This document shows, one piece after another, positions 17,163-27,946 of a stretch of 64,000 nucleotides of DNA. Origin of the DNA: Patescibacteria group bacterium (GTDB lineage: Bacteria > Patescibacteriota > Microgenomatia > UBA10105 > UBA927); contig JBMOPU010000012.1 of the NCBI GenBank assembly GCA_049322955.1, positions 681,517 through 745,516 on the forward strand, in the 5' to 3' direction. A program made the position numbers and the translations under genes. The stretch's first letter is position 1. The number at the start of each line of letters is the position of its first letter. Below the pieces are notes generated by a model. The model did not search any database. It had not been told where the DNA came from and saw only the letters and a program-made list of their open reading frames with translations.

Positions 17163-19190
17163 CTATGCAGTTTCGGAAAGCTCTGCGATGAGATCACGAA
17201 AACGAGCCGCCGTTTCGAAATCCAGATCCCTGCTCGCTTTGCGCATGAGTTTTGTATAGGTCGCTATTTTCTTTTTCTTATCGGCGGGGGTCATGGCGTC
17301 TTTTTCCTCCCGGGAGAGCGTTGCCGATTCATTCACCATTACGGCATCTTCCTTTTGTACGAGCCGTTCGCGAATGGGCTTCGAGATTGAGAGCGGGGTG
17401 ATATTGTGCGTTGCATTGTACGCAAGTTGTATCGTGCGACGCCTCTCGACTTCGCTCATTGCCGCCGCCATGGATTTGGTGACGGTATCGGCGTACAAAA
17501 TGACTCGGCCGTGCACATGTCGGGCCGCCCGCCCCATGGTTTGGATAAGACTCGTGCGACTGCGCAAAAATCCTTCTTTATCCGCATCAAGGACTGCTAC
17601 CAATGATACCTCAGGAAGATCAAGTCCTTCCCGCAGTAAATTGATTCCCACGACCACATCATACTTGCCCGCCCGGAGGTCAGCCAGGATATCGCTCCGT
17701 TCAAGGGTTAAGACGTCCGCATGCAGATAATGCACTTTTATGCCCCGTTCCTCCAGGAATTTCGCCAAATCTTCCGCCATGCGTTTGGTGAGCGTCGTGA
17801 CGAGCACCCGCTCATGTTTTTCGATTCGTTTATTGATCTCTCCCATCAAGTCTTCAATCTGTCCCTGACTTTTCCTTACTTCAATCTCAGGATCAACCAG
17901 CCCTGTCGGTCGGATGAGTTGTTCGACGATTGCCGTTTTCCCCGTTTGCGTCGTTACCCTATGGGTTTCCCACTCATCGGGAGTTGCGGACACATAGATA
18001 GTCTGCGGCATGCGCCGTTCGAACTCATCAAATTTGAGCGGACGGTTATCGATGGCGGCGGGAAGCCGGAAACCGTAATCGATAAGCGTTTGTTTTCTGC
18101 TTCGGTCACCCTGATACATACCGCGGATCTGCGGAATGGTCATATGAGATTCGTCGATTAAAAGAAGCCAGTCATTTTCGGGAGCGTTTCTCCGGACACT
18201 CGCTTCCTTAAAGTAATCAAGCAAAGAATACGGCGCTTCACCCGGCTTTCTGCCGTCGAAGTATCGGCTATAGTTTTCGATACCGTTCACGAATCCCACT
18301 TCCTGAATCATTTCAAGGTCGTAGGTGACGCGTTCTTTGATGCGTTGTGCTTCGATAAACTTATTCGCTTTGCGGAATGCCGCCACCTGTCGGTCAAGGT
18401 CATCTTGAATTTGGGCGAAAACGGATTTGTAGCTTTTCGGATCCGTCATATAGTGTTTGGCAGGATATACGACCAGTGCCGGCAAATCTTCAATCTTTTT
18501 CCCGGTTAACGGATCGCGTCGGTCAATGCTCAGAACGCCCTTTTCTCCCATGACGATACGGATACCCGTATCCTCATATGCCGGAAACACATCGATCGTT
18601 TCGCCGCGCACCCTGAATGCGCCGCGATGAAATCCGTAATCGTTCCGTTCGTACTGCAAATCGATGAGTCGCTCCATGATGCTTTCGCGGGTGACGGCGA
18701 CTCCCGGCTGTAATTCCAGTACAAAGTGACCGTATTCCTTGGGAGAGCCGATGTTGTAAATACACGAAACGGATGCCACCACGATCGTGTCGTTTCTGGT
18801 CAATAAATTGGTAGTTGCGGCAAGACGAAGCTTGTCGATTTCCTCATTTATCTCGGTTTCCTTTTCTATATAGGTATTGGTGGACGGAATATACGCTTCC
18901 GGCTGATAGTAATCGTAGTAGGAAACAAAATAGGAAACCGCGTTGTCGGGGAAAAAATCCCGGAATTCCTGATACAGCTGGGCGGCCAACGTTTTATTGT
19001 GCGAGATGATAAGCGTCGGTTTTTGGATCTTTTCTATCACTTTCGCCATCGTGTAGGTTTTGCCGCTTCCCGTCACTCCCAGAAGTATCTGTTCGGGAAC
19101 GTCGTTTTTCAGATTATCCAGCAATGCGGCAATTGCCTTCGGTTGATCGCCGGTCGGTTGAAATGCTGAGGTAAGGGTAAATTGCTTCAT
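17163..19190 (-). CDS. uvrB: Excinuclease ABC subunit B
   Basis: GVTGSGKT, YYDYYQPEAY, DESH, QTMGRAAR. Confidence 0.97.
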   Translation of the reverse strand: MKQFTLTSAFQPTGDQPKAIAALLDNLKNDVPEQILLGVTGSGKTYTMAKVIEKIQKPTLIISHNKTLAAQLYQEFRDFFPDNAVSYFVSYYDYYQPEAYIPSTNTYIEKETEINEEIDKLRLAATTNLLTRNDTIVVASVSCIYNIGSPKEYGHFVLELQPGVAVTRESIMERLIDLQYERNDYGFHRGAFRVRGETIDVFPAYEDTGIRIVMGEKGVLSIDRRDPLTGKKIEDLPALVVYPAKHYMTDPKSYKSVFAQIQDDLDRQVAAFRKANKFIEAQRIKERVTYDLEMIQEVGFVNGIENYSRYFDGRKPGEAPYSLLDYFKEASVRRNAPENDWLLLIDESHMTIPQIRGMYQGDRSRKQTLIDYGFRLPAAIDNRPLKFDEFERRMPQTIYVSATPDEWETHRVTTQTGKTAIVEQLIRPTGLVDPEIEVRKSQGQIEDLMGEINKRIEKHERVLVTTLTKRMAEDLAKFLEERGIKVHYLHADVLTLERSDILADLRAGKYDVVVGINLLREGLDLPEVSLVAVLDADKEGFLRSRTSLIQTMGRAARHVHGRVILYADTVTKSMAAAMSEVERRRTIQLAYNATHNITPLSISKPIRERLVQKEDAVMVNESATLSREEKDAMTPADKKKKIATYTKLMRKASRDLDFETAARFRDLIAELSETA

Positions 19191-19191
19191 G

Positions 19192-19267
19192 TTCGGTTAA
19201 TTTTCTGTTTTGATATAGATATATCGGGTTTGAATGGATTGACAGTTCGGTTATTTTTCGTAATACT
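19192..19267. promoter_or_regulatory. Divergent uvrB/lexA promoter with candidate LexA boxes (TTCGG-N6-TTCGT direct repeat)
   Basis: TTCGG-TTAATT-TTCTG at 19192-19207; TTCGG-TTATTT-TTCGT at 19246-19261, between TTGACA (19239) and AATACT (19262). Confidence 0.65.
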
Positions 19268-19317
19268 ACGAATTATCGTAACATAGTTTCGGTTCCTGTA
19301 AATACAGGAAAACTAAT

Positions 19318-19941
19318 ATGCCAGCAATACTTTATCCGAGAGAACGCCAACTCCTTGATTTTATCACGCAATTTATCGGAAGGTTCGGGTATGCCCCGAC
19401 CCTGAAGGAGATCGGTGAAGCGTTAAATATTCATTCGCCCGCTACCGTGCATGAACACGTCGATCGACTTCGTCAAAAAGGATTTATCCGTAAGCTTGAC
19501 GGAACGGCACGGGGTCTGGAGGTCGTCGCGGAAAATTATAAACCCGCGGGACAAAATGCCACCATGGATTTGCCCGTTCTAGGCTTTATCGCGGCAGGTG
19601 CTCCTCTTGAGCCGTACACCGACCCGAATTTCTATATATCGGTAGCTCCTTCCATGATCGCTTCCAGCCAGCCGCATTACGTATTGCAGGTCAAAGGACA
19701 ATCCATGATCGATGACGGCATTTTTGATGGCGATTATGTCGTGATCCAACACCAGCAGGATGCAAAAAACGGCGACATTGTGGTAGCGCTTCTCCCGAAC
19801 GGCCTTGCAACCTTAAAGCGTATCTATTTTGAAAAAGACAAAATAAAACTCATGCCGAGCAATTCCACCATGTCTCCCATATTTACCACGCATGTCAAAA
19901 TCCAAGGACGATGTGTGGGACTTATCCGAAAATTCGTGTAA
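19318..19941 (+). CDS. lexA: SOS repressor LexA
   Basis: wHTH, IAAG cleavage site, GQSM serine and TLKR lysine. Confidence 0.95.
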   Translation: MPAILYPRERQLLDFITQFIGRFGYAPTLKEIGEALNIHSPATVHEHVDRLRQKGFIRKLDGTARGLEVVAENYKPAGQNATMDLPVLGFIAAGAPLEPYTDPNFYISVAPSMIASSQPHYVLQVKGQSMIDDGIFDGDYVVIQHQQDAKNGDIVVALLPNGLATLKRIYFEKDKIKLMPSNSTMSPIFTTHVKIQGRCVGLIRKFV

Positions 19942-19944
19942 CCG

Positions 19945-20670
19945 TTATTGTCGGGGGTATATCGTGAGCGGAGATTCGGATTTTACCGTCCTTCCGTTTT
20001 GCACATCCCGTGATACCACGCTTCCGGGATAAATGGTGCAATACTCACCTATTTTTGTCCCCGGCAAGACACCGCTGTGCATGCCGATGGAGGTGTGCGC
20101 GCCGATGATCGCACCGAATTTCCCGTCAACCGGTTCAAGAGTTCCCTGGAAGAGTGAAGCGATACGTCTGCCGCGCAGATTATATCCCGTTAAGACATCT
20201 CCCGCGGTTATTTCCACCCATGGTGCCACCACGGAATCACCGACAAAGCTGTGATGCGTCGTCGTATCATGTCCGATGGTGCTTCTTACGACCTCGCTCA
20301 TGGCACCGATGACACAGTGGCGACCGATTATGCTCGATCGAACGAGTGAATGATCACCTATTTCCGCCCGGTCTGCGATGCATACCGGACCGACAATATG
20401 GGCATACGGATGGATCACGACGTGATGGCCGATATGTACATTTCCGTCGATTATAGCCGTGGGATGAATACGTGCGGACCGTTCAATATGGGGTGTGACA
20501 ACTCTTGATTCAAGAATGTGTGAAAAGAAGCGAATCGTCTCCCAAGGGCGACGAAATTCAACCCGTGCGTCTTCTTTATCGCGTAATGCCGCGGGAACGA
20601 CAGAAAGCAGTGACCGACGGAGCGGCCACATATCCTTAGTCCAATGAGAAAAGCGATCCGGCAAAGCCAT
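19945..20670 (-). CDS. Hexapeptide-repeat (GlmU C-terminal-like) acyltransferase
   Basis: Left-handed beta-helix repeats; H-SFVGDSV and KFGAIIG. Confidence 0.7.
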   Translation of the reverse strand: MALPDRFSHWTKDMWPLRRSLLSVVPAALRDKEDARVEFRRPWETIRFFSHILESRVVTPHIERSARIHPTAIIDGNVHIGHHVVIHPYAHIVGPVCIADRAEIGDHSLVRSSIIGRHCVIGAMSEVVRSTIGHDTTTHHSFVGDSVVAPWVEITAGDVLTGYNLRGRRIASLFQGTLEPVDGKFGAIIGAHTSIGMHSGVLPGTKIGEYCTIYPGSVVSRDVQNGRTVKSESPLTIYPRQ

Positions 20671-20724
20671 CCGCGCATTATAGGGGAATGAGATGATGAG
20701 GGCAATCCGAAGGACGAAAAACGA

Positions 20725-21411
20725 TTACTCGTTGACGACCTTTTCAAGCTTCTTGGTGGACACGCCGGGAACATCCGGGTGCCGTTTGTTTTGGATGTAT
20801 TCGTAAATCATCGGAATAATCGAGAGTCCGATGATCGCAAATACCGCATAGTGAAAGTTTTCCTTAATAAACTCCATGTTGCCGAAGAAATATCCGAGCA
20901 ACGTAAAAATCGCGACCCACAATACGCCCCCGACGATGTTATAGGTGATAAACGTCGAGTAATGCATGGATCCCACTCCCGCCACAAAGGGGGCAAACGT
21001 ACGGACAATCGGCACAAAACGAGCCAGAATAATCGTTTTTGCCCCGTGCTTTTTATAAAACTGTTCTGTCTTGTCGATGTGCTCCTGATTGATGAGGGTA
21101 ATTTTGGGATTATCGACGATTTTCCGTCCGAAGAAGTGCCCGATCCAGTAATTAACCGTATCCCCCGCAATTGCCGCCACCATAAGGAGGGCAAGCATAA
21201 ACCAGACATTCAGCGATCCTAACGCGGCAATAGCACCCGCCGCAAACAACAGAGAATCACCGGGGAGAAACGGCGTCACCACAAAACCCGTCTCGGCAAA
21301 TACGATAAGGAAAAGAATCCCGTAGGTTAACGCCCCGTATTGATTGACGAGGTCGGTAAGATGCGTATCCAGGTGCAACATGACATCAAGAAAAGAAGTG
21401 AGTAGTTCCAT
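20725..21411 (-). CDS. dedA: DedA family membrane protein
   Basis: FAETG…PFLPGDSLLF, ARFVPIVRTFAPFVAG. Confidence 0.93.
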   Translation of the reverse strand: MELLTSFLDVMLHLDTHLTDLVNQYGALTYGILFLIVFAETGFVVTPFLPGDSLLFAAGAIAALGSLNVWFMLALLMVAAIAGDTVNYWIGHFFGRKIVDNPKITLINQEHIDKTEQFYKKHGAKTIILARFVPIVRTFAPFVAGVGSMHYSTFITYNIVGGVLWVAIFTLLGYFFGNMEFIKENFHYAVFAIIGLSIIPMIYEYIQNKRHPDVPGVSTKKLEKVVNE

Positions 21412-21451
21412 AAGAGATATATAGTATCACGAGAATGGTACAATGTACCAC

Positions 21452-22171
21452 ATGGGAACCTTATCGATCGTCGCCACCCCAATAGGCAACCTGGAAGATA
21501 TTTCTCTTCGCGCACTCAAAGTACTCTTTACCGCTGATGTCATTGCGTGCGAAGACACAAGACGGGCAGGATCGCTACTGCATGAGCTCGGCGTTCGCTA
21601 TCCGGAAGTGCTTATTGCTCTGGGGATTGATGCCGCCAGAACACCCCGTTTTATACGCTATGATGATCATACCGAACAACAGGGTGCGCCGGAAATCATC
21701 GCACTCGTGGAAAACGGTAGCGATGTGGCCCTTATTTCCGATGCCGGCACGCCGCTCATCAACGATCCCGGATATGTGCTCGTCAATGCGGCAAGAAAAA
21801 GAGGTATCCCCGTCATCGGGATTCCGGGTGCGTCCGCAATTCTCACCGCACTGACCGTTTCCGGCCTTCCCGCCAATACCTTTACGTACCTCGGGTATCC
21901 TCCCGAAAAACAAGGTAATCGGGTCAGGTTATTGCACTCGCTTAAGGAAATCGCCACAAAAGAGCCGACGACGTTTGTTTTTTACGTGTCACCGCATAAA
22001 CTTTCGGGTATGCTCGCGGACATGGACGAGGTATTCGGAGAATCGCAGGGTATTACCGTGGCACGGGAACTTACGAAACGGTACGAAGAGGTATGGACGG
22101 GATCCGTGAAAGACGCACAAACACACTTTGCCGAACCCAAAGGTGAATTTGTTCTCCTGTTTCGCCGCTAA
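21452..22171 (+). CDS. rsmI: 16S rRNA C1402 2'-O-methyltransferase
   Basis: ATPIGNLEDIS, CEDTR, SDAGTP, RELTK, KGE. Confidence 0.93.
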   Translation: MGTLSIVATPIGNLEDISLRALKVLFTADVIACEDTRRAGSLLHELGVRYPEVLIALGIDAARTPRFIRYDDHTEQQGAPEIIALVENGSDVALISDAGTPLINDPGYVLVNAARKRGIPVIGIPGASAILTALTVSGLPANTFTYLGYPPEKQGNRVRLLHSLKEIATKEPTTFVFYVSPHKLSGMLADMDEVFGESQGITVARELTKRYEEVWTGSVKDAQTHFAEPKGEFVLLFRR

Positions 22172-23898
22172 TAATCTTCGAGGGTTGACGTATCGCCGAT
22201 CGGAAGTCCCAATTCCTTTGCTTTGAGGATTCTGCGCATAATTTTTCCCGATCGGGTTTTGGGGAGTTTATCGATAAACTCGATTTCCCGGGGATACGCG
22301 TGCCCCGCCAAATGCTTTTTGACATAGACCGAAAGCTCCTCTTTAAGGGCGTCCTGCTGTGCTTTGGTTGAGGCCTTTTTCAGGGCCTCTTTCTCGAGGA
22401 CGACAAATGCTTTGATGATCTCGCCGCGCATGACGTCGGGTTTGCCGATGACTCCCGCTTCAACGACAGCTGGATGCGCGACAAGTGCCGATTCCACTTC
22501 AAACGGACCCACCCGTTCTCCCGAGGTTTTAATCACATCATCCGCTCTCCCGATAAACCAGAAGTAGCCGTCCTTGTCCTTCATACCCCGGTCGCCGCTT
22601 ATGTACCAGCCTTTGGTAAAATAGCTTTTGTATTTGTGCGGTCGCTTCCAGATGGTGTGCATGATCGAAGGCCACTTCGGCTTTAAGGCGATATTGCCCT
22701 CGGTATTTATCGGTAATTCATTTCCTTTGTCATCGACGATAGCGGCAGTCAGCCCCGGAATAGGCTTGCCCATGGAACCGATTTTCATGTCCATAGAGGG
22801 ATAATTGGCAATACAGATAGCACCCGTTTCCGTCTGCCACCAGGTATCATGAAAAGGCATGCCGAATGCCTTCAAACCCCAGCGTATCGCTTCGGGATTA
22901 AGCGGTTCTCCGACGGAGCAAAGATGCCGAAGGTGGGAAAGGTTATGCTTATTGACTAAGTCGGTGCCGGCGGCCATGAGCATACGAATGGCGGTGGGTG
23001 CCGTGTACCAGACTGTGACGTTGTATTTGTCCAACAGCGCGTACCAGCGATCGGGGTCAAATCGTCCGGCGTACACGAGCGCGGCTACCCCGTTGCTCCA
23101 ACTCCCCAATATTTCATACGCAATCCCCGTTACCCATCCGGGATCGGCGGTACACCAGTAGGTGTCGTCATCCCGAAGGTCCAACACCCAATGTGCCGTC
23201 ATGTGTTCCTGGATGATCGCCCGATGGGAATGTACCACTCCTTTCGGCTTGCCTGTCGTTCCGGAGGTGTACAGCATGAATGCATAATCATCGGGATCGG
23301 TTTTGGCGATACGAAGCTCATCGGATGCCGCCGCAAGGCTTTTTGCAAACGAAGGTTCGTCAACGACGATAATGTGCGCAAGTTCGGGAAGCTTTTTTTT
23401 GATTTTATCGACGCGTGGCTTGAGATCACTCGTGGTAATCAACACTTTGGCCCCGGAATTTTCCAAACGATCGCAAAGTGCCTGTTCCTGAAAGGCGCTA
23501 AACAGCGTCCCGGCGATTGCACCGATTTTTAAGATACCCAGGAAGCTGAAGTAGAGTTCCGGAACACGCGGCAGGAACAGAAAAACCCTATCTCCCCGCT
23601 CGACGCCGAAGTCTTTGAGGATATTGCCCATTTTGTTTGAAAGGAGCGAAATATCCTCAAACGTATATTTTTTCTCATTCCCTGCTTCATCTTCCCAAAA
23701 GAGCGCTACTTTGTTTTTTCGCCAGGTGGCCACATGCCTGTCTATCGCGTTATACGCCGCATTCAGGCCGCCGTCCACCCAATCGAGGGCGCGCCGAGCG
23801 TCTTTCCACGAGAAGCTCGCCGCCGTCTTGTCATAATCCTCAAGATTCGGCGGAAAAGCGCCCGTTCCTTTTGGTTTCTTATAGAGCTCTTCCTTCAT
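22168..23898 (-). CDS. acsA: AMP-forming acetate--CoA ligase
   Basis: YTSGTTGKPKG, DTWWQTETG, PKTRSGKIMRR. Confidence 0.92.
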   Translation of the reverse strand: MKEELYKKPKGTGAFPPNLEDYDKTAASFSWKDARRALDWVDGGLNAAYNAIDRHVATWRKNKVALFWEDEAGNEKKYTFEDISLLSNKMGNILKDFGVERGDRVFLFLPRVPELYFSFLGILKIGAIAGTLFSAFQEQALCDRLENSGAKVLITTSDLKPRVDKIKKKLPELAHIIVVDEPSFAKSLAAASDELRIAKTDPDDYAFMLYTSGTTGKPKGVVHSHRAIIQEHMTAHWVLDLRDDDTYWCTADPGWVTGIAYEILGSWSNGVAALVYAGRFDPDRWYALLDKYNVTVWYTAPTAIRMLMAAGTDLVNKHNLSHLRHLCSVGEPLNPEAIRWGLKAFGMPFHDTWWQTETGAICIANYPSMDMKIGSMGKPIPGLTAAIVDDKGNELPINTEGNIALKPKWPSIMHTIWKRPHKYKSYFTKGWYISGDRGMKDKDGYFWFIGRADDVIKTSGERVGPFEVESALVAHPAVVEAGVIGKPDVMRGEIIKAFVVLEKEALKKASTKAQQDALKEELSVYVKKHLAGHAYPREIEFIDKLPKTRSGKIMRRILKAKELGLPIGDTSTLEDY

Positions 23899-25010
23899 TT
23901 GGCAGTATCATCACGCTTGACGAATTTGGCATCCAGACGCTTCAGGTTCTCCATTACGCCCGTGTATTCCATTTCATCCTGAGGTCCCATGGCCGGATTA
24001 AAGAATCCCTGCTCACGCATGGCAAGGGTCTTTTCCGTCGCTTTCTCACGGATGACATCCCAGAACGGCTGGTCAAACAAATCAACCGCCTCCGTGAGTT
24101 TGCCTTCATGGACACAGTATCCGGCGGCGGACATGATTGTCGGTCCGTCAAAAAACGAGATGATCGAATTCTGCTTTACCGGCATGACGGCCACATGGTG
24201 TGATCCGCGATTGTCGCCCAGCGTATATTGCGCGAGTGCCCACGGAGAAAGTATCTCCCCCGTTGAAGGGAATTGTTTCTGGCTTCGCACGATCGCTACG
24301 GGGTCATCTTTTCCGACATATTTGCCCGCGATATTATGAAGCCTGCTCGTTGAGGCAACCGCGGCGGTAAGGCCCGATGCGTTTTCAACAACGGACGCGA
24401 TGATATAGCGATTGGGATCACGGAGTAAGCATGCGATATCATAGTAATCCTGTGGAACCTTCAAGGTAATCACCTTGTCATGCTCGGTGTGGTTCACATC
24501 CATGATGGTGAATGTAAATCCCGCCTGCATGTCGGGAGCAAGAAGAAGGCCGGCATTGTGATACGGGTCGGCAAATGCGGAAAAAAGTGCATGGTTAAAT
24601 ACACCCGGTCCGCATTTGTCACCGGCAAAAACGATAAACGGCTCTGCGGCGCGTTCCTCAATTTCCATTTCGGCGCTTCCCGGTCCCATACCGCGCACAT
24701 TGCCGGAAAATGCATCCTTGAGTAAATCCTGTCCCGCACCGTACAACCCCTGACTCTTGGCAATTTTGGTGGTTTCGACAAAGGTATCCCATGCGAACTT
24801 ATGAACATCACTGTTGTCCGTTCCGCGGGAATGCGTCATGGTGAGGGCGATATCATCACCCGTAAAGGTCACGTTGGCATCAAGAAGAAGCCCGCTTTTT
24901 ATGGCTTCATCAACACGTTCTCTGGCTTTTGCCAGCATTGCATCACTCGGGCGATTGTGTCCGCCTATGGAACCGGTATCCGCTTTAATAACTGAAATGG
25001 TCACTTTCAT
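23895..25010 (-). CDS. fbp: Bifunctional fructose-1,6-bisphosphate aldolase/phosphatase (class V)
   Basis: IKADTGSIGGH, GLYGAGQDLL, YVGKDDPV, RGSH, MEYT; strong SD (AGAAAGGAGGT) upstream. Confidence 0.95.
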   Translation of the reverse strand: MKVTISVIKADTGSIGGHNRPSDAMLAKARERVDEAIKSGLLLDANVTFTGDDIALTMTHSRGTDNSDVHKFAWDTFVETTKIAKSQGLYGAGQDLLKDAFSGNVRGMGPGSAEMEIEERAAEPFIVFAGDKCGPGVFNHALFSAFADPYHNAGLLLAPDMQAGFTFTIMDVNHTEHDKVITLKVPQDYYDIACLLRDPNRYIIASVVENASGLTAAVASTSRLHNIAGKYVGKDDPVAIVRSQKQFPSTGEILSPWALAQYTLGDNRGSHHVAVMPVKQNSIISFFDGPTIMSAAGYCVHEGKLTEAVDLFDQPFWDVIREKATEKTLAMREQGFFNPAMGPQDEMEYTGVMENLKRLDAKFVKRDDTAK

Positions 25011-25027
25011 GGTGTGACCTCCTTTCT

Positions 25028-26662
25028 CTATAAACAATCCGCTAATAAATTTTTTCCCGTCATTTCATTTGGAATAGGAAGCCCCAGTGCCGCTAAAATC
25101 GTCGGGGCAATATCGGCAAGCTTTCCCGTTGGAAGCTTAAGCGGCTGATTTTCGAATCGTTTGTCAATCATGATGCAAGGCACCGGAAACATAGAATGCT
25201 CGGTATCCATTTCTCCCCCGGGTCCGAGCATTTCTTCAACGTTACCATGATCCGCCGTAATCATGCAAGAGCCCCCCATGGAGAGCGCCAGCGAGGTGAT
25301 TTTTCCGACACACTCATCGGTTACTTCGCATGCCTTAATCCCCGCGGAAATATTGCCGGTGTGTGCCACCATGTCGGGATTGGCAAAGTTTATCGCGATA
25401 AACGAATAGACGTTACTCGTCATCCGATCAATCACATGATTCGTCAGCTCCACCGCGGACATGGAAGGTTGCAAATCATACGTGGCCACCTTGGGGGAAG
25501 GCACGATCAATCGGTCTTCCTGTGGAAACGGTACCTCACGCATTCCGTTGAAGTAATAGCCGATAAACCGTTCTTTTTCCGTTTCGGATACCCGTAATTG
25601 GCGAAGCCCCGCTTCCGAAAAAACCTGCCCGAGTGTTTTGGTAATCTGATTTAAGGGATACGCAACGACGCACGGACTGGGTCGCTCATATTCCGTCATG
25701 GTGACGAAGAATAATTCCGGCAGTACGATAGTACGGACAAAAGGACGTTTTCTGCTGTCTTCTTCGATGACATGTTTATGATAATACTTCACCGCATACG
25801 GATCGAAGCTTTCCGTCGGATTGTATGTTTCAAAATTCGGGAGGGTAAAGGCACGGGTAAGCTGTCGCGGTCTGTCGATGCGATAGTTATAGAAAATCAC
25901 GGCATCATGGGCGGTGATGCGAGGGTACGCGTTGCCGTTGTGATCGGTGAGGATAACAGGCTCGATAAACTCGTCGGTAATCCCCTTCTTATAACTTGCG
26001 TCAATCGCTTCTGCGGCGGATTTTGCTTTAGAGGGGATATCCTCGGTAAGTGCCTGATACGCTCGCGCCGTCCTGTCCCATCGCCGATCCCGATCCATGG
26101 CGTAATATCGCCCCATGATGGTGGCGACATGCGTGTTGTTGCACTGCGCCAGTTTGGCTTCTACTTCCCGAATGAAGCGAATCCCCGACTTCGGGGGAGA
26201 ATCTCTGCCGTCGGTGAAAAGATGCAGATAAACTGGGCGGGTGCACTGATTCCGTTGCATCAGATCGAGGAGAGCATAGAGGTGGTCACGACTTGCATGG
26301 ACGCCGGAATCAGAAAGCAAACCCATGAGGTGAATATTCGACTGGTGTGAGGTGGCATAATGGATCGCCCCCAAAAATGCGTCGTTGGTAAAGAAACTTC
26401 CGTCCTTGATGGTCATATTTATCCGCGGAAGATCCTGGTAGACAACCCGACCCGCACCGATGTTGATGTGCCCGGTCTCCGTGTTGCCGTCTTCTCCCGG
26501 CGGCAAGCCCACCGCTTCCTGTGAGGCGTCAAGCTGTGTGTGGGGAAACGAATTCCAGAGTCTCGGGATGTGCGTCAGCTTCGCTTGTGAGATAGCGTTG
26601 CCCGGACCGGGAGGGGCAAGACCCCATCCGTCTAAAATAATGAGCACGAAAGGCTTACCCAT
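25028..26662 (-). CDS. gpmI: 2,3-BPG-independent phosphoglycerate mutase
   Basis: LDGWG, GNTETGH, DGRD, NPDMVAH, TADHGN. Confidence 0.95.
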   Translation of the reverse strand: MGKPFVLIILDGWGLAPPGPGNAISQAKLTHIPRLWNSFPHTQLDASQEAVGLPPGEDGNTETGHINIGAGRVVYQDLPRINMTIKDGSFFTNDAFLGAIHYATSHQSNIHLMGLLSDSGVHASRDHLYALLDLMQRNQCTRPVYLHLFTDGRDSPPKSGIRFIREVEAKLAQCNNTHVATIMGRYYAMDRDRRWDRTARAYQALTEDIPSKAKSAAEAIDASYKKGITDEFIEPVILTDHNGNAYPRITAHDAVIFYNYRIDRPRQLTRAFTLPNFETYNPTESFDPYAVKYYHKHVIEEDSRKRPFVRTIVLPELFFVTMTEYERPSPCVVAYPLNQITKTLGQVFSEAGLRQLRVSETEKERFIGYYFNGMREVPFPQEDRLIVPSPKVATYDLQPSMSAVELTNHVIDRMTSNVYSFIAINFANPDMVAHTGNISAGIKACEVTDECVGKITSLALSMGGSCMITADHGNVEEMLGPGGEMDTEHSMFPVPCIMIDKRFENQPLKLPTGKLADIAPTILAALGLPIPNEMTGKNLLADCL

Positions 26663-27938
26663 GCGTAAATAGCTCCGATTCTATCTGGAGCAATCGATTG
26701 TATTTCGCAACCCGCTCTCCCCGTGCGGGAGCACCGAACTTCACGTAGTCTGATTGAACTCCTACGGCCAGATCGGCAATAAATGCATCGTTCGTCTCCC
26801 CGCTCCGGTGCGAGACAATGGTTTTGATGCCCGCCTGTTTGGCAATGGCGATAACGGCAAAAAATTCGGAAAGGGAACCGATCTGATTGGGTTTGGCAAG
26901 AATCGCCGAACACACCTTTTCGGTAATTGCGCGTTTCAACCGCTCGGGATTCGTCGCCAATAAATCATCGCCTACGACTAATACGTCATTCCCGATCTGG
27001 CGGGAAAGATCGTCCCAACTATCCCAATCATCTTCGCTTAACGGGTCCTCCAAAATTAATAGGCGATATTTCTTATGAAGCTCCATGAGATACTTAATAA
27101 AGTCGCTACTATTGAGGGGCGTGGGCTTATCTTTGATCTGATACCCTCCCCGATCATGCTTAAAGCTGTTCGCGGCGAGGTCCAATCCGAAAAATATGTC
27201 CACTCCGAAAATATAGGGAGAAGTTTTGATTGCTTCGGCGAGAATTTTTAGGGCGTCCAGGTTTGTGAAAAGGTTAGGGGCAAAACCCCCTTCGTATCCC
27301 ACGGCGTAGACGGCATTTCTATATTTGAGTATCTGCATCACCTGCTTATAAATAGCAACACCCATCTCTAAAGCCTGAGAAAACGATTTATTCGATGCGG
27401 GCACGACATGAAATTCCTGAAAATCCAAATTTCCCGAGCCGTGTTTGCCCCCGTTTATGACGTTAAACGTCGGGGTGGGAATTCTCGCCATGGGAGATGC
27501 GACAAACGGCGTAAAGAGTTCGTTGATATAGCGGTACAAAGGAATTCTCCGGGCATTGGCCGCCGCGGATGCCGTTGCAAGCGATACTCCCAATATGCTG
27601 TTAGCTCCCAGTACGTGTTTATCAGGTGTCCCGTCGAGGTCCAAGAGCGCTTTATCAAGCGCGGCCTGGTTTAAGGCATCCATACCTTTTACCGTGGTTG
27701 CAATGGTGCCGTTGACATGCGAAACGGCTTTTAAAACTCCCATACCGCCGTACCGCTTGGGATCTTTGTCCCGAAGCTCTACCGCTTCATATTTCCCGAG
27801 ACTAGTTCCCGCAGGAACGCTCGCTATACCACGGTAGCCGCTTTCCAGGATAACCATCACCTCAATAGTCGGATCGCCGCGAGAATCAAGAATTTCGCGG
27901 GCAATAACGGAATGAATACGGGTACTTACCTGTGTCAT
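26655..27938 (-). CDS. eno: Enolase
   Basis: REILDSRG, NGGKH, GDDL, KPNQIG, SHRSGET; start taken at MTQVS. Confidence 0.95.
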   Translation of the reverse strand: MTQVSTRIHSVIAREILDSRGDPTIEVMVILESGYRGIASVPAGTSLGKYEAVELRDKDPKRYGGMGVLKAVSHVNGTIATTVKGMDALNQAALDKALLDLDGTPDKHVLGANSILGVSLATASAAANARRIPLYRYINELFTPFVASPMARIPTPTFNVINGGKHGSGNLDFQEFHVVPASNKSFSQALEMGVAIYKQVMQILKYRNAVYAVGYEGGFAPNLFTNLDALKILAEAIKTSPYIFGVDIFFGLDLAANSFKHDRGGYQIKDKPTPLNSSDFIKYLMELHKKYRLLILEDPLSEDDWDSWDDLSRQIGNDVLVVGDDLLATNPERLKRAITEKVCSAILAKPNQIGSLSEFFAVIAIAKQAGIKTIVSHRSGETNDAFIADLAVGVQSDYVKFGAPARGERVAKYNRLLQIESELFTHG

Positions 27939-27946
27939 AACGGTGT

